Shown piece after piece: positions 11,501 to 24,240 of a stretch of 64,000 nt of DNA. Within the stretch, counting starts at the first letter, position 1. Every line of letters starts with the position of its first letter. This DNA comes from Bilabrum cf. latius (lineage: Eukaryota): contig OZ237764.1 of assembly GCA_965178125.1 (NCBI GenBank), positions 434,001 through 498,000 of the forward strand, written 5' to 3'. Both the position numbers and the translations under genes were made by a program. Below the pieces are notes generated by a model, which made no database searches, had not been told where the DNA came from, and worked only from the letters and a program-made list of their open reading frames with translations.

Positions 11501-14500
11501 CAGCCAGTCGAAGCCACCGCTCGTCACACTAAGGCTGGCGTCCGACGGGTCGATTCCGGGTGCAGCCCCCGTCGGGTTTCCTAAGGCGTCTCTGTACCCA
11601 AAGAGGGCGGCACCCTGCATCAGTAGATCGTAGGCCGTCTCTGGGACGGGCATTACCGTGGCAGTGCACCCTGTTTGGGCCGTAGTACTGAGAGCCTCCC
11701 TCGCGGTCTGAAGTCCTGCTGGTGCCAGCTGCCTTGGGACTGCCTGTGCCACCATAGAAGCGCTCGGTCCATGTCCGACTTGGATGCGCACTGGCATCAG
11801 CGATCGAACACGACCGTAAATACCTGCGCGTGATGCAGCATCCAAGCTGCCTCCACTGTCGAACCCACACGCGCTTCCACTTGATAGTTGTCCAAACAGC
11901 CAGTGCCCGGCATGCGCTGCATTAGAGGGGACCGCCACGGGCCTGCCATCCCCGACCCGCCTCCACACATCACTCGTCGTCAGTGGCCGAAAATACCTCC
12001 CACTCCCGTGCACATCCCGGCGCATGCCTCTGCTGTGGGGAGAGACGTACAGCTGTACGGGCACAGGGAGCTGGCCCCTGCCAACGCTGAACAGAGACCG
12101 CCACAGGCAGGCCCACGCCCTCGGTGGCTCGCACGAGCGCCACGCGCACCAGGCCGATGTCCCCATGACACAGACGATCACTGCCACGGCGCAAATAAAC
12201 TATAGTGCATGAATCCAGCTCATTGAATGGCACAGAAACTCTTCCAAGCTGGCTTCGAGACCATCCACATCCTCGATGTCAACACTGGCATCAGCATCCG
12301 GACGACCGACCACGGAATCACCTTCGTTTTCGTGCAACCTCCCGATACCGGTCCAGTTCCGCAGCTAATTGACGTCATCCTTATCATCTTGGTGTTGGTT
12401 GAGCACAGGAGACCCAAGCCCGATTCTACGAGCGGCATACTCCAACACACTCTGCAGCGTGCAGCTCTGCATGCCCCTGGCCAAGCCGCAGGCCATGGTG
12501 TCCGACGCAAGGTGGACAATACCACCACCATGCGATGCACCTGCATCCTGCGCGCTGCAGGAGGCCAGTGGGACGAGAGCTCCGAGGCCGACGACCAGCA
12601 CGGCAGCGACCAGCAAGGCAGAGCACAGGATCGAGGGCAGCACCATCGACGAGCCGTGCCTGCCCTTGCCAGTGCCGTACTGATGGAGGGCAGCAGAACT
12701 CAGCGGGGCAGGAAGCAGGTTCTCTTCCTTCTGTGCGCTCAGTACCTCTTGCAATGCGATGATTTGCTCCAAAACGCGGTCGGGGTCGGGCAGTTGCACC
12801 CGTCCGTCTACATCCCTGCGATCGAGTGTTCGAGCTCTTACTCCAATCGCATCCTGCCCGCTCGTCACACTCAATACAACGGCACTTCCCGGGTTGCCTT
12901 GCAATCCCTGGGAACTTGCACCATCGCGTGAAGGCCTCGGATGCGTCGGTGGGAGCGTGTTTTGTTGGCTTGACATCCGTGTGGAGCACCCGCTCCTGGA
13001 CTCTAGAGCCAGAGCATCCTTCGACCTTGAGAGCACAACTCCTCCATTACGCACAGAATGCGGGTGCGACGAGATGGATGCTTGCCTCTGTCCTGCTCCA
13101 ACGGAGGTAAACGCTCGCGCGGCACCGATGGCGGTGAGCGTGTGCCTCACTCGTGTCCTCCACCCAATGGCTGGCTGGTAGTCTGCATGCGTTCCACTGT
13201 CGCTTCCTTGCTCATCGTTCAAACCTCGGCTGGTGCTAAATCTCCCCAATGGCGCCCCTTCGTCAACACGATGGGCGCTGCTTCCACGCGCCGTGGCAGG
13301 GTCCTGCAGCCGAGTCAGCTGACCCATCGAGACCAAGCCCCCGCTCAGCGAGCCCCACCCTCCGCTCGCGGCCCGCTTCAGCGAGGTCTCCACGACCGTC
13401 CTCAGCTGCCTCGCCGCAGGAGGTGAATCTAGCTTGCCCATAGCGACCAGGGGTGGAGGCAGCTACTGGTCCCCTCCTTCGCTTGCTCCTCGTTCGGAGT
13501 AGGCTGGCAACGCTGTTCCGGCCTCGGTTCCGGAGTGGCTCTAAGAACGCTTGGTTCGCGGCTGCAGCAAGGCGGATGATCCAGCCAGAGCATGAGGCAC
13601 TCCTGCAACATGCATGCTACCGTCTCTTGCTGATTCCTGGTCGTTCGCCGCAATACCGTCGCTGCTACCTTCCCTGCTGTGGCCTAGTGCCAGCGGAGTG
13701 CCATTGAATCCATCGCCAGCCCCGCCTGCGATGTCGTCAGCATCCGTGTCACCATCGCCCGCTGAATCAATCATGTCCATGCCAGACACGTCGTCGCCTT
13801 CAGCGCTGCCGTCGGATTGCTTGGAAAGGCCATCGCCGCCCCGACTTCGAGATCCGGCGGCAGCCCAGGGCGAGGAGGTGTCGGCCGCATGGCCGCGCAA
13901 AGACAGGCTCCGCAGCATATCCGGACTCGGAGCCGAAAGGCGCCGCCGACGCGTTCCAAACATCTTCTTGCGAGGGGAAGTGCTGCCCCTACCTGCTGGG
14001 CTAAGACGGCCTGCTGCGATTCGGAGCTCGCGCTGGACGGCACCGGACCGACTTGAGTGCAGCTCTTCGATTCGACTATCCCGCGGCTCGTTCGGAGGTG
14101 GAGCAGCGCCGGACGGAGAAGCCGTGCGAGGCCGCCAGCTAGCAGATGAAGACGCAGCGTTCAATTTCCACAGTGACGCCTCGTTTATTTCATCGATGCC
14201 TTGCATGCCAGACCGGAGAAGACCTCGCCACGAAGTCTGGGGAGGAGCGTCTGCAAGCCAAGGCGTCGCGTTGATGCGGGTTAGATCCGATGGAACCTGC
14301 TGCAACTGCTGCTGTATGAAACGATGGCGGAGCATGGGCGACTGCTGCAAGCTCGGCTTGATCGCAGGCGATTGCTCATGCAGCCGTTGCTGCATAGAGG
14401 CCGAGTGTGAACCTTGCCTATCGTCGTGATCTCCACCAGTCAGTTCATCTGCATCCCATGCCACGTCAGTGTGTTGTCGCCGAATCAGCACCTCGATGGC

Positions 14501-17500
14501 GAAATGGTCTGACAGGAACTCATAGGGGCGCTTACGATGGCTGTTGCCGGTGCCTGACAGGAACGCCGAAGAAGAGCTCGACGGACTGCCTGAACTGCTT
14601 TTGGTGTGCTTCCCCCCTCCTCTATGCTATGGGCGATCGAGGCCCGAAACAGCCGCGGCGACCTTCCCAGAGCCGCTCCACTTCTACTGGGCCGCCTTTG
14701 CATGGCTCCGGTGATCCACCCGGAACTCGACCACCCTCGTCTCTTCCACGATTGGCAGCAGCGACGAGGCGGCTCCCTGGCACCACCACACGATGTCCAG
14801 ACGCATGGGATACTTGTGCTTGAGGGCGTACCGCATGTCCTGTGGAAACTGCAGGCGTGGAGGCCGGGTGCTCACATGGCGCCCGAATCGTAGTTTGAGC
14901 AGGTCTGCAATGCCGTACGCAGCAGCTCCGGCCTGAGCCCCGGCCGGGGCTAGTGCCCTGACGAGGTCTCTGTACTCATCTGACTCGCCCACCCCGTCAG
15001 CAGCGGTGTACAGCGCCAATCCGCTGCTCTCCGATATGTCGCTCGCGATTGCATCTACGTTGAAATCGCCCGTCAGCATCCACGGATGCGCCTTGCCGTG
15101 CGTTTTCCTGCGAATGAAACGGACCAGCTCGGCAACCTGCATCGACCTGACGTCAGTGTACGAGCTGCCTTTGCCTGCAGACCGAGTATGAGTCGCCTGC
15201 AGATGGACGTTGAACACATCCACGCACGTGCCCTGAGCCAGCTGTACCCTGGCGAAGATCACCCCTTTGGCTGCCCCCGCATCGAGCGCCACCCCGGCAG
15301 AAAATGTGAAGCTGTCCGACTCCACGATGGGATGCTTGGAGGCGATCAGCAGTCCAGAGTCCGTGATGTGCCCTTTGAGCAGGTTGGGCATGGGAGACCG
15401 CACGAAGTGGCTGTAGCCTCCCTTCACCCGCAGCAGCTTCATGAGTCTCTCCTGGTTGCAAATAGATGGCATGAACGGAGACCGGAAGATCTCCTGCAGC
15501 GCAAGCACGTCATAGATGCCTGTGGTAGGCATGCGTCGGCGGCTTCTCAGCGTGCTCAGCTGGCCGCACATACTACGAAGTCCACGGGACATGGCTGTCC
15601 ATCCGCTAGTCGCTCCTTTAGCCTTGCTTCTCTTCCTGCTGATGGAGTGACTGGCCCGCACTGAGTCCTTGGGTTCAGCGGCCACTGGCGTGCCGTCTCC
15701 CGCTTGCATGCCCTATGGATTCGCTGCGGCCCCTCTAGGAACTGCGTCTCGCTCCGATGGTACAGGTGAGGGCCCAGGATACCTGCCCCGAGGCTCGTTC
15801 GATGCATTGGCCCCAGCGATATCGCTGCCACCAGACAGGCCCGGCAATCCAGGGCCCGCCCTTGGTGTGCTGCCATCACTCTCGAAGCCTCCCTCTGAAG
15901 ACCCGTCACCGTCCGAGCCTACACCAGAGAAGAGGCCAACTCCATCTGGGTCCGAGTCGTAGGACACTCCTTCGCTGCCCACACGCGAATCGACTCCCGC
16001 GTGCGCCCGCCATTCCTAGTCCATGCGATCCGCCAGCTCATCCGGCTCGGCAAGCCGCAGCTTGTCCTCTGCGCTCCTCTGCCTCATCATCATCAGAGAT
16101 GGCGTCTCCGAAGCCTGACTCTGCCCGCGATCACCGTTTCCAGGGTAGGTTTCTGCACCGAGCTGCTGCAGATCAGCGGCATCAGCAGAGGCAGCAGCAG
16201 AGGCAGCAGCAGAGGCAGCAGCAGAGGCAGCAGCAGAGGCAGCAGCAGAGGCAGAGGCTGCTCGGAGCTCCTCTCTCTCGTCGTCAGCAAGCTCGTCATC
16301 ACCGTCATCATTGCCATCTTGCTGGATCCAACCAGTGCACCGGTTAACGCCCTGACGGCCCTAACCGGAAACACCACCGTCTCTGCCACCAACATACGTC
16401 GCCGTGCCAGGAGTACTCGCCCCACTCCTCGCACCCGCACCTGCACGTGCACCTGCGCCTCCCCCCGATTGCAGCTGCCCTGTGCCAGCCTACTGTTCCC
16501 CCAACGGGCTATCCATAGAACCTAACTCCCTAGGCCTAGTGCCGTGTGCCTTGTGTCTCACTATTCTTCGCACGAAGTCTCTGAGCCTCTGCGTCCCGTA
16601 TTGCCCGTGGCCCGCCACGAAGAGCTCGACGCCTGCTGCCAGCACGTTGAGGTTGTATGACAGTATTCGAAACTCGTCTTGCTCCTGCTCCTGCCCCTGC
16701 TCCTGTTCCTCCTCCTGCTCCTGGTGGTCAGCTAAGTCTCGCTACCGACTCTCTTCAACCACAACCTCGGAAACATGCTATATATGGTCTTGGTCTGGTG
16801 CACTCGCGTGAGTTGTACCAGGTGCACTGGATTGAGTAGATGTGACCCCATTGCGCCCTTTCTATCCGGTGCCGTGTGTACCATTGTCAGATATCCTGTG
16901 TGGTTGGGTGTCACCACCACCACCGCAGTTGTCTCTAGTCTATGCCCCGCTACTGGCCTGCCTACCTGGTGAATCCACGCCTGCATCCATCGCTGCATCC
17001 GCCGTTCCATCGCTCACGTGGGCGGCCACACCATCCACTTTGCCGTGGGCCTTGTCCCGCGAGGCATCATCATCGTCCCCCGATCGGAGCCCCGCCAAGC
17101 CATCCTCTAGCCTCCTGGCCAGCCCAGACCCGTCCTGCCCGAAACTATGGCGCCTCCCTGCGCCCGATTCTTTGCCTAAATCGAGCAGGTCCATCGTGCG
17201 GGCCCTCCCACGCCTCGAGGGTGATGACCCGTCTGCCCCGTCCGCACTCGTCACACCAAAATCACCCAGGAACCGACCGGGACCGCCGCCACGCTGGTTC
17301 TGCAGGCTGCTGGCGATGATATTCTGCTTGGTCCGGAGCCGCTGCAGGCGCCGAAACAGAGCAACTATACCGCGCACTGCAGTGCGGTGCGACAGCCCGA
17401 ACCGGGCGAACTCGCGCTCCTGCCATAGGTTCACGAACGTTCCCTGTGACTCGCTGCTTGAGGCGGTGGCAGCCGCCGGTGCTGTTGCTGGGCCTTGCTG

Positions 17501-18220
17501 AGGATTCTGGGCCAATGATACATTAGAAGGAGTTGTTGTGCCTGCAGACACGCTGGCATGCACGCTAGCAGCCACAGGCTTAGGCAGGCGGGCCCGGGGC
17601 GGCTGGGCGTACACCGCTGTGACATCCTCCACTCGCATCCAATCGACCCTCCTTGCCGTGGATCGGCACACCCTGCGGCGCTCGCTGTGCGACATGGCCC
17701 ACCAAGTGCCATCTCGCATGAGCTGCTCCGCGGCCTCGGCCTGCCGCTGCAGCTCCCTGTTGACGTGCCCGAGATCCGGCTGAAGAAGCTTGCGATTATC
17801 ATCCTGGAATGCGACGTACTGCCACACAACGAAAATGATACCGCGGTCAGGCTGTCGAAACTCGACTTTTGCAAACAAAGTTGCCCTCAAACGGTCAGCC
17901 ACCGCAGGAAATCCGAGCTGAAACAGCTGATACGAAAGTGTCTCGCTGTGGTCGCGTTCGCCACCGACGCGCTGCCCGCCGAGCAGTCGAAGCTCGCCGG
18001 GGAATGAATGAAAGGCTGGTTGGTCACGAGTACTACGAACAGGATCCAGCACATTGATTTGGCTCAACAGAACCTCATCCATAGGATCTTGTGAAGCAGT
18101 TGCAGATGGGAACGACCGAGCTGATGGAAACGTGCGGCGCACCTGTGCGGATGAGCGCAGCGCTGCTAGCAGAGCTACATGACGAACCTCAACTTGTGAG
18201 CTAGAGCCAGAATGCTCCAT
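8540..18220 (-). CDS. Giant 3226-aa protein: EEP/neutral sphingomyelinase-like domain, transmembrane segments and degenerate long-chain acyl-CoA synthetase-like domain
   Basis: Single frame from ATG 18220 to TGA 8542-8540 with about 23 TAGs and no TAA/TGA. EEP motifs FRILSYN, DVLALQE, DSGLLIASKHPI, AAKGV, NVHLQA, TGDFN, RLD, LSDHFAI. ACSL-like WLSYSE, GILAPNCPQW, SYLPLAY, GLATPTSQLRR. Confidence 0.85.
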
Positions 18221-18288
18221 TGCTGCGCGATAACCAAGTCAGCTTGTTGCGTTGTGACGTGACGAAACGATTTGCCGGATGGATTCAG

Positions 18289-18318
18289 CGAACCTCATAC
18301 CGAACCTCGCCGAACCTC
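18289..18318. promoter_or_regulatory. Triple CGAACCTC direct repeat in a 155-nt divergent intergenic spacer
   Basis: CGAACCTC at 18289, 18301 and 18311, between ATG 18220(-) and ATG 18376(+). Regulatory role is inferred from position only. Confidence 0.35.
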
Positions 18319-18375
18319 GTGACCGTTCCGGCAGCATGACAGGTGGTGGATAGCGAAGCAACTTCCCGCCGATCT

Positions 18376-21300
18376 ATGAGTGACCGCGCATTGGACAACG
18401 CGCAGCGTGACGTATGCTAGGTGGTAGCAGAAACTGTATTTAAAATTATTGAGGCGGCACTGGCGTACAGGCTCAGTTCAGATGGACTCGTGGCCTTGTC
18501 GTAGCACGACCGACCGCAACCAAGAATGGGCGTGTAGGTAAGCGAGCTCAAGAAGGTTCGACGAGAGCTTGCCCCGTGGCAGAAAGCCATACGAAAACCA
18601 CTAACTGTAGAAATGCTTTGGCCGGTGGACGGCGGTGCCGGCCGCTGCATGGTCGAGCGATACTTTTTCCAATTTATAGACCACGATGCCTAGGAGGATC
18701 ACAGGCCCCAAGGGGCCCCCTTGCCAGACTCTGGCTTGTTTTATCGCGACGCTGGTATTGTATTGAGATCCGCTATAGCAATGCTGGCGTGTTTGCCTGG
18801 TAGGAAACTTGTGCGCGCTTCCGCAAACGAAAGCATCTACGAAACGCTTGGAAGACCGCCACCCGATTCGTCCGGCAGTGCGGCCATTAAACCGGCATCT
18901 GGGGCCGCAGAGGGCGGAGCAGGTATGCTTTCACCGCAGCACGGCGGATCGCACGCGGCACCGCCCGTTTCAAAGCCGGCAGATCAGCCGCAGAGGCCGC
19001 GGATGGCCTATCGCCTTCTCTTGTCGCATCCCGCCCGACCTAGCAAGCGAGCGGCCAAGTTCCCCGCATGGGCCGACGTGACAGAGATCCCATTTCCATT
19101 GCTATCGTGTTCCTTCGGGCAGCTCGTAATGGCCGTCTCTTTCATAAGCAACGTGGAGCCGTTGGTGCGAGCACCGCCCGCTCCCTCCCTCGAAGCATCT
19201 GCCGCGCGCGTTGCCGAGGCGGTCGCAAGGGAGGGAGGGGTGGGGGCGGCAAAGGGGGGGGCGGGTCCGTCTAGCTCCGATCCAGGAGAAATGCCTCACC
19301 ACGGGATGATGCCTGGGGGTACTGGCACCGGCACAGCGACTGCGACCGCGACAGCCACTGGTTCCAGATCCGCGGCAGGCTCTTCTTTGGCCGGTTCTTC
19401 CGAGGCTAGGGGTTCCGCAAGCGTGGGTCGTCCTCCGGAGAGTGTAGGTCATCAAACGGCGGCACCCACCTCTCACGCGGGCAGCAACTAGGTACGGGGG
19501 GAGGGGGGACCAGGGGGGTCTGCTTCTGCCACGGCGGCTCAGGCGAGGAAGGTGTCAGTGTCCGGCGTTTCCGTGTCCGTGTTTGAGGGCTACGCCACGG
19601 AGCAAGGGAAGGAGTCTCCTCCCAGCGAACGTTCGTCAGGGGCCGCCCCGGGTACCTCCCAGCCGGTGGCCATCCCCGGCGCGGGGTCTCGAGGGACGGG
19701 TGGGGTTGCGGGTGCAGCGGTGGGGAACAGGAGGCGGACCAGCAGCGGGTCCGTGCTTGGCATGGGGATGGGGATGCTGAGCGGGGCAGTGGCTGGGATC
19801 GGAGAACTGGTCGGGTCCGCGGGGGGCCGAAGTAGCGTGCCGTTTAGCACTTCGTCTGGCTGGGCGGGGGGTGGCCGAGCCGCAGTAGACGTGAAGCCGC
19901 AGCACCCCCCCATTGGGTCCATGCAGCCAGAAGGGGGGGTGCCACACCCCTGGGGCGGGGGCTCGGGCTCCTCCTCCTCCCAGGGTGGCAGAGGCGGGGC
20001 ACTGCCCGGGTCCCTTGGGCAGCCAATGTCGATGCCGTCCTCCGCTGGTGGTGTGACGAGTGCTGGCGGGGGCAGGGGGCTCGGGGAGGCGGCACGGCAG
20101 GCGCTGACGGGGGAGGAGGGTGGCGGTGTGACGAGTGTTGATCGTGGTGGGAAGCTGGGTGGGAACTCCTCGTCGATGTCGACCGGTGGATTGCGGGGCA
20201 GCCCGGGAGTGGGGTCTGGTGGGGCCGGGCCTGGCCGTGGTGGGTACCGCGGGGGTGCAGGGGGGCTTAGGGGGCGATCTGCGAGCGAGCAAATCGGGCT
20301 CACGGGTCGATCGACGGGTGCATCGCACGGTGGTGCCGGTGCGCAGGCGCGGCATGCCGCTTCCAGCGGCGACATGGACGAAGAGGAGGACGAGGAGCTA
20401 GAGGGCGTGACGGGAACGGATGCAAGTCCTGGAGGAGGTCTAGGACGTAACCCTGGGGGACTTGGGGTCATGGCCCCCACAGCGGGGGGTGAGCCGAGGG
20501 CACCATCCCAGGCCTCCTCCCTTGGCTCCTCCCAGCAAGAGGCGCGATCGCACTCGTCACACCCCGGCATGGAGGTCCCCGGCATCGCGGGATCCCGGGC
20601 CACTCCGCGCGGGGGCAGGCGGGTGTCCCAGGACATGGATTCGGAATCGAATCAGGTGGGCGCGGCGGCCGATGCAGCAGCTGCGGGCGTTGGTGCAAGT
20701 GCCGGTACCCGTGCAGGGCAGCAGCAGCAAGACGAGGAGATGGGGGTCGGGGCTGGCACAGCGGAGGGCACAAATTCTAAGGGTGGGCAAAGTGGCACGG
20801 CAGGGGGGGTTGAGAGGCCGCAGCGTGGTTCGTTCAGTAGCGGGTGGTCGCAGGAGGAGGGGGGGGATGCAGCCCCCGTACGGGGGGACTCCCAGGGGTC
20901 GCTTGGGGTCGGGACACCACCCCCGCACTCGAGAACACGCTCGTCACACAGGCGCCACAGCAAAACCGGAGGCGCGCAGCACTCGTCACATCTTCCCAAC
21001 AGGACACGGTTCCTGTCATCCTCGGAGGCGGAATCGCCAGCCTTCGCGCCGGCCTCGCCGCCTCTGGCTGGGAAGGGTCGGCGCTCGGACAGTGCCACCA
21101 GCAGCCCGAAAGACGTCGTGTCGGGTGTGACGAGCGCGGCCCACAGCCACCGGCCGAGTCCGCTGGCAGGACCGTCACCGGCGACTGCATCCAGCGGCAG
21201 AGATAAACAAGCTGCCGGCTCCGAATCCATCCCACCGGCTATGGCGCTGGGCCCGGCAGTGCACGGCACTGCAGCACGGTAGGATGACCCGGAATCGGAA

Positions 21301-23784
21301 TCCCAGCGGGGCTAGAACGCCACCTCGTCGCGCGGCGGGCCGGCTGCGGGACACGCGAGCCAGCGGACCGCAGCACTCACGGCGAAGATCCACACTCGTC
21401 ACACCAGCCAAGGCTCTGACTTGGACGCCTCGGGCAGCAGTGGCTCAGGCGGCGGCGGTGGCGGAGGAGGGGGGAGTGGTGCAGGTGCTGGTGTGCTGAG
21501 GCAACAGGCACCCACTACTGCTGGCGAGGCCGAGCCCTCGTCACACCGCTCGCAGTCGCTCCCAAGCTCTGGCCTAGAAGCCGCTCGTCGGGCCTCGTTG
21601 GCGAGCGTGGAGCGTGGAGCCGGTGCGGGGGCAGTTGCTGCCCAGGGGTTTGGCAGCACAAGCTCAAGCTTCGGGGGCGGCATAGCCGGGGTGGGCGAGC
21701 TGATTTGGGGCTCCGGATCCAGGTCCAGGTCCAGGTCTGGCAGTGGGAGTGGGGCGGGTGCCTCCGCTTCGGAGAGTGGTGGTCCCTAGAGGCGCGGATC
21801 CGGAGCCGGGTTCAGCCGTTTCCTTGGCCGGATCACGAGCGCGCTGGCCCCACCGATGGTGCCTGTGAGGCCGGACACACCACCACAACCGTCCTCCTCC
21901 TCCTCGCTCTCGCACCACGCCGGTCCCACGGGTTACTATGGTTCCCATGGTCACTCATCACAGTAGCAGTCCCTGTCGCAGGTGCAACGCACTGCAAGTC
22001 GGCAACGGTCTTGGTCGCACAGCTCACACAGCAGCAGCAGCACGGGCAGCAGGGGAGGGGGGGGCACCCACAGCGGGAGCCAGCACTCGTCACACCACGA
22101 TGCCCTGGCACCGCCCACTCGTCAGCGGGCAACGAGCGAGCCGGACGCAAGGACACCCCCGTCCCGTGCCCGCGGCGCCGCGCAACGCGGTTCCGCAGCT
22201 GAAGCAGAGGACGTTCGCTCCGCCGCTGCAGCCGCTGGGTCCCTGGCTGGTGTCACGAGTGCATCCCGGCGCCAGCAGCTGCAGACGCCCCACATCGGCC
22301 CCATGGACGGACCCGGAGCCGAATTGGTCCCGCCGCCGCCCCTGCCCATGGGAGCGAGCGCGCAGGATCGAACCCGGCTGGCGTGGCAGGTGCAGCAGAC
22401 CGTGGTCGAGGTCGGCTCTGCGCTGGAGGCGAACGACTCGGAAGCAAGTTCCGCTACTGGATTGCGCGGCGCCGATAGGTCGCTCCCGCCCGGTTCCGTC
22501 GCCGATTCTCGCGCGTCGGGGCAGCAGCAGCAGCGGCGCGGCAGCCGCCGCAGGAGGGGGGGTGGGCCCGAGGGCCGCGGCAGGGTGCGGGAGGTGGGGG
22601 GCGACCGAGGCCGAGGACGCCGCGACGGCGAGGACAAACATGAGGATGAAGATGAGGACGACGTTGTTCTCTCGAAAGGAGAAGGAGAAGGAGACAGGCT
22701 AGGGGCTCAGGGGATTGTGTCGGGCAGAGCCGACCGCCCGGGGTCTCCGAATTCTGACTCCGAGTCGTTCCAGTCGATGTCATCTGATGATGTGGGTATG
22801 CTCAGAGCTGGTGCTGGTGCTAGCGCTGATGGTGCTGGTGATTCGGGCCCTGGATCGAGAGGAGCAGGAGAAGGAGAAGGAGAAGGAGATGGAGGAGCAA
22901 TCGAGATCGACTCGGCCTCCCTCCCTGTGGCCAGCGGAGATGACACTGGGCCCACCTCCACACCTACCTCAACCGACGGGAGCTCCAGCCCGAGCCCAAG
23001 CGCCAGCGCCAGCCCCAGCGGTAGTGGAAGTGGCAGCGACCAGGGCGCGATGGATCTGGCGAGGCACCTGTCCGCTGGATCCTCTGCGAGCTAGGCGAGG
23101 AGGGTGGTGGGGGATCATGCCAGTGATGATCCTGCGGCGAGGACTGGGAGCCACGGAAGTGACGGCGGGAGCAGGCGCAGCAGCAGCAGCGGCTGTGGCG
23201 GTGCCAACGCAGCAGCTCCCGCCAAGATCCAGGGAACAAGCGCATAGAGGCAGCCGAATGCGCGCGCCTCCTCCCCGCTGGGGCGAATGCGCGGCGCCGC
23301 TGCGGAACCTGTAATGGATCAAAGGGAGACGACCAAATCGCGCGGCGCCCAGCAGGTTCCGCTGTGCCTGGCATCGCTGGCCGTCGATGCTGATGATGAT
23401 GACAATGGCACGGTTGACTGGCAAGTCGATCGCCGCGATGGCTTCGTGGCCGCACCTGCGGTGCATCGCATGGTGGCGCGTGCCGCTGTGCTGGATGACC
23501 CGCTGGCGGTGGACGTGTCAGCAATGCTGACGAGTGGTAGAGCTGACGATGGTGTGACGAGTGCGGCGGCCGATGCCATGCAGCGGCTCGCAGACCTGGC
23601 CTATGCCCTCGCGGGCGACGACGAGGTGCTTGCGAATTGCCTGGCAGATGCCGCCGCGGGGGAGCGTGGTGACGATGACGGCGAGAACAGTGAAAGCGGC
23701 AGTTCTGCTACAGGTGCCGAGGCGGGGACTGGTAGCGGTGGTGGCAAAGCGACTGCCGTCGGTGAAGACGAAAAGAGCACGTGA
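18376..23784 (+). CDS. ATG13-like protein (N-terminal HORMA-like domain, long disordered tail), about 1802 aa
   Basis: VVAETVFKIIEAALAYR...LAPWQKAIRKPLTVEML...MVERYFFQF...FYRDAGIVLRSAIAMLACLPGRKL...FPLLSCSFGQLVMAVSF follows the order of ATG13 HORMA elements. All ORF pieces share a frame, joined by TAG only. Ends TGA 23782-23784. Confidence 0.65.
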
Positions 23785-23833
23785 GCAGCGTGTGCTTTCT
23801 GGTGCTTGGACTTGATCTGGATCGACCATAGGG

Positions 23834-24120
23834 CAGGTGGCCCAGCAGGACGCCGAGCGCTCCAAATTCGTGGTCATGCACGCCGAGAAGGAGAAGAAAG
23901 CAGCCGTGATCCAAGATGAGGGCGAGGCCGAGGCTGCTCGCCTCATCTCAGACTCGCTGGCCAAGCACGGTGACGCGATCATTGACGTAAAGAGAGGATT
24001 GAGGGACTTTTTTTTTAGGCCACGCTGTCCAAGTTCCCCAACGTGGTGTACCTGTCCGGCTGCAGACGTGGTGATGCGGCAGCAGCGGGGGCAGCGTGTC
24101 CCTGGTTTTGCTGCTGAGCG
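23834..24120 (+). pseudogene. Prohibitin C-terminal fragment, 5'-truncated and frameshifted
   Basis: QVAQQDAERSKFVVMHAEKEKKAAVIQDEGEAEAARLISDSLAKHGDAIIDVKR, then ATLSKFPNVVYLSG in another frame. There is no room for the N-terminal SPFH domain (previous gene ends 23784). Confidence 0.75.
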
Positions 24121-24240
24121 GGAGCTGCATTCGATAGCTGTCTTGGCTCCGTTAGCTAGCTACTAGACTGCTTTTCATTGGCGTGCACAGGAATTTGGTG
24201 TGTGATAGGACCAGTGTTGAGACCACACACTTGCAACCCC

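Noticed and set aside
16185-16255. Short coding microsatellites (12-bp SAAA repeat; also CCAGGG at about 766-795 and CCTGCC at about 53303-53335)
   Set aside because: They are ordinary low-complexity slippage repeats within disordered protein regions.
23987-24018. GTAAAG...TTTTTAG as a tiny intron rescuing the prohibitin fragment
   Set aside because: Splicing would delete the conserved KRIE segment, and the N-terminal domain would still be missing.
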